A stretch of 64,000 nt of DNA, taken from Octopus bimaculoides. Lineage: Eukaryota. The stretch spans positions 6,746,609 through 6,810,608 of the forward strand of contig NC_068985.1 in NCBI RefSeq assembly GCF_001194135.2, written 5' to 3'. Below the pieces are notes generated by a model that worked only from the letters and a program-made list of their open reading frames with translations, ran no database searches and had not been told where the DNA came from. This document shows, in pieces, positions 12,030 to 22,689 of the stretch. The stretch's first letter is position 1; every line of letters begins with the position of its first letter. The position numbers were made by a program, and so were the translations under genes.

Positions 12030-12485
12030 CTGAAGAGTCATACCTCGTGAAAACTTCTATCATAGGAAATTATAATAACCAAATATAAGACGTGTGAAAT
12101 GGATAATAGATATATAATAAGGGGGTCCCTCAATGATTAAATATACTGAGAACAAAAGACGGATACTTAAAAATGAAGAGTCTCATTTGGATAATTTCTT
12201 AGTGGATAAATTTAATATTTTCGGTTTTCTTGTGTTTGCTTTCTAATCTCGGGAAGAATGGTTCTATTCTTTTATTGTTTTGGTGGTAAATCTCCTGTCT
12301 TAAAAAATGGTTTCCATTGGAGTTGGAAGTGTTTATGTGGGTAGTTTATAGATATTTTTTGTTGGCTATTCATGGGTGAGTATGTTCTTGTTTGTTGGAT
12401 TGAAAGTTGACTTAGTATTCTATTATTGTTCCATATGGTTCATTTGGGTCTCTCCTGTGTATATTTCTTTGTATGTACACTTGTA
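12030..12485 (-). mobile_element. Penelope-like GIY-YIG endonuclease remnant
   Basis: Minus-strand translation from 12482 gives KCTYKEIYTGETQMN, resembling C-x-C-x3-YIGET of PLE endonucleases; the remainder is broken by stops. Confidence 0.5.
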
Positions 12486-12655
12486 AGAAAAACGAACTTA
12501 TGCTATTTTAGCAACCAGTAAAACATACATTTCCCAGTTTCGAAACGGCCACTTGAAGTTCGAAACTTGTATCAGAATAATTCACTGTAAACATTATTAG
12601 TAAGATTAAAAGAAAAATTATCCCCTCACAAAAACCCATTTCTACTCATTCTTTC

Positions 12656-12702
<47 letters not shown>

Positions 12703-12705
<3 letters not shown>

Positions 12706-12896
12706 GAGAATATACAAATAATAACAACAGACGAGGACAGGTGGTGTAAATAACAAAAGTATATATTAGTATGACGCTCGGGAATACGGAAAGTCTTTGA
12801 CGTTTCGAGCTACTCTCTTCAACAGAAAGAATACGGAGACAAGGAGAAAAACACGGAGAAAAAAAATTGAATAGTGTTCAGTCAACGGTCAATCAT
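12703..12896 (-). mobile_element. ~190-bp hammerhead-bearing repeat unit (solo pLTR or retrozyme-like), copy 1
   Basis: Homologous to 61625-61811. Both end at CAATCAT and are bounded by TA/TG repeats. Contains the hammerhead-like fold at 12794-12830. Confidence 0.7.
12794..12830 (-). ncRNA. Minimal type-I hammerhead ribozyme variant (CUGUUGA core)
   Basis: Minus strand TCTTT-CTGTTGA-A-GAG[AGTAG]CTC-GAAA-CG-TC-AAAGA: perfect 5-bp stem I, 3-bp stem II, palindromic ACGU stem III, GUC triplet. Confidence 0.6.
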
Positions 12897-14075
12897 ATAT
12901 CGTAAAATGTGTTTGGCGAAGAGCAAATAATCCAATGTAAAGAAAAAAAAGACGAAGAAAATTCTTTAACGATATTTAACAACCAAAACTAATGTTGGAA
13001 TTTAAAGAAGAAGCTGAATGATTTTCGAAAGTTATATATAACCATATATGGTCAAACGTATAAGGGTGTTGAAGAAATGCATTCCTATATTCAACGAGAA
13101 AATATTTCAGGAGGAATTGCTGGTTCAAAGGTAAGATGAGAGGAAGGTAATGAGATTCTTGGACCATAAGGGACGTGAACAATGTGTATTTGGTGTCAAG
13201 TCAGAAATATAGTTTTAGAAAATTGTAAGTATACGCATAGCTATTTAGTCATCACTTACTTTATTTGGAACAACTTTATAATAGACATCGTCTGCAAAGA
13301 AAACATCGGAATAGCTACAATACGTACAATCTCAGAAAATTCTAAAAAGGAATGCAAAGAATACATTACATTTGAGAATTAAATATTTGTTGCAAAATGT
13401 TCTAATGATCCATGCTAGCAAGTATCTATAAAGATGTGATGTAGGTAACAGATGATACGATTAGGTGAGCGAGAAAATAATAGAAATTAACAATAATTTT
13501 AAAAACGAAAATCGAACCTGTGATTTTAAAGTAGCATGCTACGATTTAAGAAAGTATATCTTATAAGTAAAGAAACTGTGAAGAGTGAAATGAGATTAAA
13601 TGAAAAAGGAAAAAGTAACAGCTGGAAATTATAACATTTAAACCTAAGGCAAAAGATTAATTGTATCTAACCATGAATTAATTAAGGTACACAGCAATAA
13701 GTCTAAGACAGAATGTGGAGCTACAAAACATCTAGCAGAACAAAACTTAGATTAAATCAATGGAAAGAAGAAACCAGCATAGAATCAATGATTATTTGTT
13801 ATAATGCACGCAGATAGAGATTTTGTCAGAGTATCAGGTGAGCAGAAGGATTCTCAGATGTAAATCCAGGAAAATGTTGAACCACTGGAAGGGACGTTAT
13901 CCTTTAGTAAAATGATTGAACGGATTGTGCCCTGTCCATCCATCATGATTGCTTTCACACAGCGAAATATGCATGCGAGCGTTGACCATTTTTCAGGTTG
14001 GAAGGGTTATCTGATCCCATTATATAATATATATATATACATATGTATATGTGTGTGTGTTTGCGTCTGCATGTG

Positions 14076-14114
<39 letters not shown>

Positions 14115-15504
14115 ATGTATTATGTGAGTGTGTAAGAGAGAGTGTGCGTATATATGTATGTACGTACGTATGTATTTGTGTATCAGGTATAATTTCCTTT
14201 CAAATATGGATGGACAAGTTTTCAAGCAGATTAGAGCAGATCCCTTATTTGCGTGAGAAAGTAGCAATGTGAGAAAAGAGAATTATTTTCAGAGCTAAAG
14301 CAAATCCTTTCTAATGGAAATTAACAAAAACACATTCACAACGTATCTCCGCAATATACAGAGAAATGAAAAGAAATATGAAAGCACATTGCTTCTGGGC
14401 ACCCAATATTGATCAAAAGAGAATGTACAAAGGAATATACCACTGCTGGATGTATCAGTGACTGTAGACTAAGTCGACATTATGGAATGTGAGGAAACGC
14501 AGAATCCTGTGTATGACAGATGTATGAATTGCAAGGAGCATACATATATGAGAAAGATACCTGAATATAAGGATTAGAAACTGAATCCATCTCCAGAACA
14601 GAATCCTTGGAAATAAAAGCAAGAAATGCATGGAAATAAATAATTAGAATTCAAAGAATTGCTTGCAAGTTATGACGAATATAGCACTTCCCGGCATGTA
14701 CATATTATACAGCATTATCTAAATACAGCAGGAACCACAAAAGGATACTGAAACAAGGGATACGACGACAGCGGTTGGAGATGTGTAGGATTCTCATTGA
14801 ACCAATCTACAGGAGTAACATTAACAATAGTAATAAATGTTTCACTTCATTTGCTACAGGGGCCAAAATGTTGCTTAGAAACATGTTACAGAGAAGTAAT
14901 TAGATAATGTCGGTAGGGCAAGTGTTTCAGTGTCTGTGTGTTTGCGTAAGTGCGAGTATGTGGATGAGTTCGCTCTGAATACTGTTACTAGTGTGAAATC
15001 TGTTACGTTTGTTTCATTGTCTATTCGATGGTGACTAAACTCTGGAAGCGTTTGTTTCAAAACTAACAGGACCAGTGCAAGATCAGGTAAACGAATAGAT
15101 AAGGGTATACAAATCACAACGATGATCAAACAATACCACCCGTGGACAAAGAATTCCTTCAGGTAATGAAAGACTACTATTTATGGACATGTTTGAAAGG
15201 ATCAATAGGGTCTGGCAAGATAACAGTTTGAAAGAACACTATACTGTAGTAAACCGAAATCTAAATTATCAGAGAAAACGTTGTTGTACAAAAAAAAAAA
15301 AAATGACAAATCCAATCAATAAGAAATCCTTTTGGAAATCTTAACAAGGTGCTTTATGCACTTGCTGCCACGGAATACATTTCACTTGCGTTAATTCATT
15401 TCACTTCTGAGATCTAAGTGTTGAATCTAGCGCCCAAAATAGTAGGAGTTAAATGGTTGCATCCTCTGTACAGAATGATCGTTAGAAATAGCATTAATGA
15501 TATA

Positions 15505-15870
15505 AGACGGCGAGCGGGCAGACACGTTAGCTTGACGGGCGAAATGCTTAGTGGTATTTCGTTTGCCGTTACGCTCTGAGTTCAAATTCCGCCGGAGAAA
15601 TTGCATTAATAATATAAAAAGTGGTAACACAAAGAGTTCTACGTTATGGCTTTAACATATGCATAAAAAGCCGGCAGAATTGTTAGTAAGCCGGACAAAG
15701 AACTTAGCGCCATTTCATTTGTCATCACGCTCTCAGTTCAAATTGCTCCGTGGCCGACTTTACCTTTCATCGTTTTGGGGCCGATGAAATAAGTATATTT
15801 CGAGCCCCAGGTTCGATGTAATCGTCTTAAGCTTTCTCGTGACATCTCTGGCCTTGTGCCTAAATTTGAA
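15505..15870 (+). mobile_element. Two SINE family B copies (about 15505-15600 and 15665-15870)
   Basis: GGCGAGCGGGCAGACACGTTAG...GAAATGCTTAG...CTGAGTTCAAATTCCGCC (B-box GTTCAAATTCC); the second copy has the tail CTGGCCTTGTGCCTAAATTTGAA. Confidence 0.85.
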
Positions 15871-17559
15871 GCCATAATTATAGTGATGATGGTACACCAC
15901 TTGACAATATGACAACACTTCGATGGGAAAATTGATAGCAAATAAAAATGAATTATAGTGAGGGAAGACGTACTAGTGTCAAGAGGTAATCTTTATGCAG
16001 GAACGTGAAATGGATGCCTTGTCACAACATTGAATACTGCGTTATTAGCCTTGAGAGATCCTCTCTTTTAGGCATTTGTTGCATAAAAGCTCACACACAG
16101 GTCGTAGTAGACTAGAATCGACTGTTATGGGTGCAGGATTTCCCGTATTACCTGATATCGGTCTAGTACTGGACCTTATCAGTTGAATGCCCCGGCCACT
16201 GCATGTCAGTCAAACCTGGCTACCACGATATTTAGAATACCAAAATCTTTTGCGACATTGATGCGGTTGATCTTCAGAGAAAAAAATAAAGATGCTATTC
16301 ATTATTGTTCCCCAAAACTTTCATAACATTTAAACCAGCGTCTGACATATCTACATTGAATATGTTTCTTTGAAATTTTGCAAATCAATTGTATCCGGAA
16401 GAACAAAATACTTAACAGGCATTTTCAGGAAATTTTCAAAGCTGAAAAGTAAACGCAAATGAGCAAAAAAGAAAAACAGGTATACGTTGAGAGTAAATAA
16501 TTCTCGCGAAATTAAAATTGCCTTTCTTTATAAATCCTAGCAACAAATATAGAACTTATAAACTGCATTTTATCTAATAACTCGATTACACAGAGAGACT
16601 TCCATAGTGACATCATAAATATGTCCTTTGTTTCGTAGACTCTAATTTAATTTGATAGAATCTAATAAAGTTCAGTTTATTATTACTTAATCTCATTTTG
16701 TACCTAGCTGTTGTACAAAGCAGTGAGATATACACTTTGAGCTAATTTAGATCTAGGGATCACTTTCGTCCATAAACCTAAGATCAAGATGTTAAAGCCA
16801 CTACGTAGAACTCTTTGTGTTACCACTTTTTATATTATTAATGCTACTTCTAACGGTCATATGTGTAATACAGCGCTCTTTCCGGGAAACACTATACGAG
16901 TTGACACCAACATGGTATCAACGGATCTCCAATCATGTTTCGACAAACTGTAGAATCAAATAATAGCATTTAGTAAATCAATACCATAATCAATGGGATG
17001 GTTATGTGTTAAGGCCTTCAGTTATATTCGTACCTCACGTAATGTCATATCCTATCTACTTTCATTGTCTGTAACGCGATAGATGTTGCTCGAATGTGCT
17101 TTATTCCCGTCCATTTATTTCACATGATGTACTGAACTAGTATCTATATATTTTACAAGAGTATTCACTGAGTCAGTGAAAGAAATTCTTATCTGCATTT
17201 ATTTGCCAATAAAAAGCAAGAACATTGGGTTGACAGTGCAAAACATAACAAAACTTTAACATCCAGTCACACAAAATGAAAGCATACGAACTCTTTGGCA
17301 ACAATGTGTACAATTCCTATTTCTGTTCTATAACATGCATTTGTTAACTTGGAAAACTACCAGAAATTTGGACCAGCTTCAACTATTTTTGGTATCTGCG
17401 GTCTCACTGCTTTTGCCTTTGAGAATTCATTTATTTTCGCACATTTGTTAATAAATCTTTGTAAATCAATTCTCTGATAACCTTCCGTGAGAAATAGCAT
17501 ACAATTAATTGCTGCTGTCGCTGTTGAGGTTATCGCTGGTGTTAATTTAGTTGTAGTAG

Positions 17560-17640
17560 TTACTGCTACTGCTGCTGCTGCTACTGCTGCTGCTGCTACT
17601 GCCGCTGTATTACCGTTTGTTTCAATGTCCTCGGCTGCTT
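17560..17640. repeat. (GCT/ACT)n trinucleotide repeat
   Basis: TACTGCTACTGCTGCTGCTG...; explains the Ala/Thr-rich ORF at 17487-17729. Confidence 0.85.
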
Positions 17641-18429
17641 TCTTAAATGTATCTGTTTGTGAAGTTTTTGATTTTACTCGTAGATATTTGTCTGTAGGTT
17701 ATTCTTACCATATCGACTGCTGCTGTTGATTCTAAAACAGCAGCAATCAATTTCAATTGTTGTAGACCAATTGATTGATTCGTCTCTTTCGATAAGCTCT
17801 TGTGTTTCTTCGTGACATCAGCTGGTTTCTCAAACCCCATCCCATTTCAAACTGCTTCAATTCTCTCTGTTTCATATTTTTTGTTTTTGTTTTTTATTAG
17901 TTTTCGTTTCGTCATATCGATTTGGTATCTGGAAATTGGGGTTTCTCCGGTAACCTCCTCTTGTTGTCTTTTTTCCCGTTGTTACAGAGCCTGCATTTAC
18001 TCTACATATCAAAAGCAAAGGCTGCTGTGGGCACGGATAAGGTACTGGAAAGAGCAGGAAATTGGTACTTAAATCTCGATTTCATTCACGTCGAATACAT
18101 ATGTTACGGGGGAATGTTGCCTCACAAGCGAAGTATTCAATATTCAGAGAATAGACAACACCACACGACGAAGTCAGATGTAAGAATGTCCCCATAACTT
18201 CCATGTGTAAGTAAAACATGGAATGCAATAAACATTACAGTTTTAAAATGTTTTTTTAAAATTTTTTTGAATGTGAGGATTTCATCTTCATGACCTCCGC
18301 ACTCATCGAAAACCGTCCTTTCACAAAACATTCTATTATCAAGAGCCCACTGAGGAGGGTTCCAAATTGCTGCACATGACTAGCTAATTTAAAACAAGGA
18401 GTGAGTGTTTTCATCACACCTAGCGTTCA

Positions 18430-18575
18430 AGTGGTATTTATGTTATCGATCTTTAGAAAAGGTGAAAGGCAAGTTCAACATGGGTGAAATTTTAACGCAG
18501 ATCGTGAAGCCGCATTAAATGCTTAAAAGCATTTTGTTCGGCATGCTAACAATTCCGCCAGCTTGTCGCCTTAAA
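18430..18575 (-). mobile_element. SINE family B, degraded
   Basis: GGTGAAAGGCAAGTTCAAC...AAGCATTTTGTTCGGCATGCTAACAATTCCGCCAGCTTGTCGCCTT is the reverse complement of the family B head. Confidence 0.75.
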
Positions 18576-18614
18576 GAGCTCCGTTATAGCAAGAGTTTCT
18601 AGTGCGACGAGACG

Positions 18615-18990
18615 TCAGAGTCGTTAGCGCTCCGGGCAAAATACTTAGCGGTATTTCGTCTGCCGCTACGTTCTGAGTTCAAATTCCGCCGAGGTCAAAT
18701 TTGCCTTTCATCCTTTTGGGGTCAATTAAACAAGGACCAGTTACGCACTGGGGTCGAGTCTCTCCTTGTTTGTCCCCTCTATATTTAGCCTCTTGTGGGC
18801 AATAAAAAAATAAGAAACGTTAGCACGCCGGGCGAAGTGCTTAGCGATATTTCGTCTGCCGCTACGTTCTGAGTTCCAATTCTGCCGAGGTGAAATTTGC
18901 CTTTCATCCTTTTGGGGTCAATTAAACAAGTACCATTTAAGCACTGCGGTCGATGTAGTCGACTTAATCCATTCCCCCAAATGTGAGGCT
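18615..18990 (+). mobile_element. Head-to-tail dimer of SINE family B
   Basis: Unit 1 spans about 18615-18815 and ends GGGCAATAAAAAAATAAG. Unit 2 starts directly with AAACGTTAGCACGCCGGGCGAA. Both contain AAATTTGCCTTTCATCCTTTTGGGGTCAATTAAACAAG. Confidence 0.9.
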
Positions 18991-19109
18991 TTGTGGTTCC
19001 TGTAGAAAGGATTGTAGTAAGAAATTCTAATTTCGCGACAAGACCAGCAATATTTTTTGTGGGGTAGAGACATTTGTAGAATTAATCGATAGTACAGGTC
19101 CGAGTAATT

Positions 19110-19395
19110 CAATATTCTTACATGTTTCAGTCATTAGACTGTGGCCATGCTGGGACACTGATTTGAAGAACTTTAGTCAAACGAACCGACCCCATTGCGT
19201 TGTTTTATTGTGTGGAACCTCTAGCTTGCGGAAAACTAGAAACCTAACACCTGTTTTCGATATTCGGTCTACCAAATCCACCCACAAGGTTTTGGTTGGC
19301 CCGAGGCTATAGTAGGAGTCACATGCCCAAGGTGGAATGCAAGGGACTGAACCCGGAGTCACGTGGCTAAAAAGCAAACTTCTTGTCGCATAACC
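19110..19395 (-). mobile_element. SINE family A, internally deleted
   Basis: Reverse-complement 3' end (CATGTTTCAGTCATTAGACTGTGGCCATGCTGG) and 5' half (TCTACCAAATCCACCCACAAGG...GGGACTGAACCCGG). Confidence 0.8.
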
Positions 19396-21339
19396 AACAA
19401 CACTTTGTAGACAAAAGGTAAGTTGATCTCAGCGAGGTTTGAACTAAGAATTTAAAAAGGCAGCGGAAATGTCGTAAAGAGTTTTTTTTCTCATGCTTTG
19501 ACACTTTTGCGAATGTTCCATTAGTTGTACTTAATTATTCGGATACACATCTATAGACATTATTGAATATCATTATTTTTCTCCCGAGAAATTAATTCCT
19601 GCCCATTTTCACAAATGAAAGCCTCAAATACAGAAGTGCTTACACTGAAGTTAATGGCAGAACCATAATAAAATTGTGTTAATTTATTGATGTAATCATG
19701 CTGTAATTACAAAACACATTATTTCACAATTCTTCATTGATTTCGGTTTCTCTATTTTTAGGCTTCGCGAAATTAATTTCGAACTCTGCAGTATTCCATT
19801 GGAAATATGAAACAGTCAGGAACAACTTCGGAGAAGACAGTCAATATTCATGCAATGATAGCAAGTCGATTAGAAAGATTGTTTAATATCATGGTGAAAT
19901 GAAAAGCTGATATAAGAACATATTAATGGATTTGTGGATGAATATGTTTATGTATAGTATAATGTGATATTTACATTATATAATAAACGTATCTGCTACA
20001 TTTATTGTGTTGCCTCTGAGATTCTTAGCGATATATAATGTAGGAAATAGAATACACACATACACATACCTGCACACATATGCATATATATATATTTATT
20101 TATATACATGCAAGTAGCAACATCTAATAAATTGTTTAAGTATCTTTCTATGTGTAGAAAGGCGCAGTAGTGTCTGTGTGGTAAGTAGCTTGCTAACCAA
20201 CCACATAGTTCAGGGATGCATGTATGTATGTACAATTGGTTTCTGATGCTTCATTCTCGTTGCATATATTGCTTGAATGACCTAACGATTGAACTCACGC
20301 CTGTTAACTAGGGTTTTCTCAAATACATCCATTATCTGTATATTTACTTTCTCGCTCTCTCATATTTTCGTATGGTACGTAATCAATCGAAATTAACAGG
20401 TAACGCCAGGTATTTTAACTTATAATTCTTCATGGAGTGTGAGGAGAATTTCTAGGCAGGCTCTGACTCGGGAGGGGATTCGTGTTAACCGATGGTTGAA
20501 ATTTTAGTTACAAAGTGAATACTAAACCGATCACAACCATTCCCAAACACAATATATAAAAACACTGTATTCATCACTATCTAAGTCTTGCAAATATGAA
20601 TTTGATTGTGTCAAGACACGTTAAAGATAGAATTGAAAAGGGTTGAAAGCTAATAGTATAAAGTAATGCGTTCCACATTGCTCAATGTAAACAATTTTTG
20701 AATATCGGCAAGTGCTGATTAATTACCTGTGTTCATAAAACACTAACTGACGCTCTCCTGAAAATCCAACAAATGCGTTCCGAACATTTATTAAATTCGG
20801 GTTTTGTAATTTCAAAATGTTACTGCTTATTTAGCGTATTAGTCTTATGGAATATAGCATAGTATTTATGCTTTAATATTACGACGAAACAGCTGAACAT
20901 GTCGACGTGAATGACAGAAGATAAGTCAGTAAGTAGATAAACATCATGTCGGATGACAAAATAGATATCACACGATAGCTTACATACTGTAGAATGTGTT
21001 AAAAAGTGAAAAAAAAGTAAACTACTTGTTATATTTAATATCAGACAGTTTCACTGAGATTAATTTACAGCATTTCTCGATGTATTAGAAATCTCCGTAT
21101 AAGAGCATTAAAGTTGGTGATAAAATAAATAACAAGTTTTACGATTCACTAATATGTGATCGACTAAGCAGATATCGAGGTAAACTAATATTCTAAAGAT
21201 TTCGCACTTATTTATAATACGCAGCATTCGCCTGATTTGTGTTTTGTCTGGATACAAATGTTGCCATTTCTATTCAAAGCTAAAACATTCGGAATAGTCT
21301 AACTCAAATTCACATCATTCAATTTGGAGATTCGCAAAA

Positions 21340-21347
21340 GTAGTAGC

Positions 21348-21410
<63 letters not shown>
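21340..21410. repeat. (TAG)n microsatellite
   Basis: Direct inspection; (GAT)n at 21690-21745 and (TAG)n at 21876-21908 flank a gap. Confidence 0.95.
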
Positions 21411-21444
21411 CATATTATTGACAATGATAGTAATAATGGTTTGA

Positions 21445-21655
21445 AATTCTGCCACAAGGACAGCATGTTTTAGGATGAAGGGGATGAGTCGATTACATCG
21501 ACACCAGTACGCAACTGGTACTTAATTTATTAATCTCGAAAGGATGAAGAGCAAACTAGACCTGGGCGGAATTTGAACTCAGAACATTACGACGGGCGAA
21601 AAACCGCTAAGCATTTCGTCCGGTGTGCTAACGATTCTGCTAGCTAGCCGCCTTA
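21445..21655 (-). mobile_element. SINE family B
   Basis: GTCGATTACATCGACACCAGTACGCAACTGGTACTTAATTT...GGCGGAATTTGAACTCAGAAC...GTGCTAACGATTCTGCTAGCTAGCCGCCTT. Confidence 0.9.
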
Positions 21656-21693
21656 ACAATGGTAGAAATAATAGTAGCAGAAACGATGACGAC

Positions 21694-21745
<52 letters not shown>

Positions 21746-21875
21746 NNNNNNNNNNNNNNNNNNNNNNNNNNNNNNNNNNNNNNNNNNNNNNNNNNNNNNN
21801 NNNNNNNNNNNNNNNNNNNNNNNNNNNNNNNNNNNNNNNNNNNNNNNNNNNNNNNNNNNNNNNNNNNNNNNNNNN

Positions 21876-21909
<34 letters not shown>

Positions 21910-22339
21910 GGGTAGCAACAGCAGTAGCACCATATATTGTCTGGGAAATTTTCATGAACACCAGATGGTATTTCCTCGCATCATATCTTATCATCAAATA
22001 AATGAGAACTTGTATTGTTGTGTTCTTTGTCGGAAAGTCGAAGTTAAAGAAAAACATATATATATATTTTTTTTTTATTGTTGCAGATCATTGTTAGGCT
22101 AAAACCATTACAGAAAGCACAAATAAAATGAATAGATTAGATGCAGACACATCGGAAAGATTTCATTCCTTGTGTTCAAAGATTCAATTGGTAAAGATGT
22201 GATATTTGTTTCGATCCATACTGCAGGGAAATAATCAAACATTTTCTCACGGTTTACGGATGAACTCATTATATACGGGGGTATATAACATTTACCGGAA
22301 ATCTGTTGGAATGACTATCATCTTTTATATTTCATCTTT

Positions 22340-22547
22340 TACTTCTTTCGTCAATAGACTGCAGCCATCCTGGGGCACCGCCTTGAAGATATTGTTTGTC
22401 AATTGAATTGCCGCTAGTACTTTATAAGACTAGTATTTATACTATCCGGACTTTCTGTCGAACCACTAGGTCTCGAAGACGTAAACAATCCAGCTCCTAT
22501 CTTTAACCGACGGAGAAGAAATACAGATCCAAAAACACACGCACCCA

Positions 22548-22560
<13 letters not shown>
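22340..22560 (-). mobile_element. SINE family A, 3' half, degraded
   Basis: GACTGCAGCCATCCTGGGGCACCGCCTT...GACGTAAACAATCCAGC followed by (CA)n. Confidence 0.65.
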
Positions 22561-22585
<25 letters not shown>

Positions 22586-22689
22586 CACACACACACACAC
22601 AGATATATAAGGAAAATAAGACAAGGTAGAAAATGCTAAAATAATTTCATCATGAAGAACATTTTAGTACCGGTTTCAGTCATTGCGAC

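Noticed and set aside
12960-13200. GVEEMHSYIQRENISGGIAG, a possible Polinton pPolB-like fragment
   Set aside because: The similarity is too short and is interrupted by stops; it cannot be supported without a search.
14340-14800. Possible R4/Dong-like zinc-knuckle and RLE remnant
   Set aside because: Only scattered Cys and IALP-like residues across several frames; not convincing.
15130-15290. Possible RTE-like LINE 3' remnant (IYGHV...KPK)
   Set aside because: Too short and degenerate to call.
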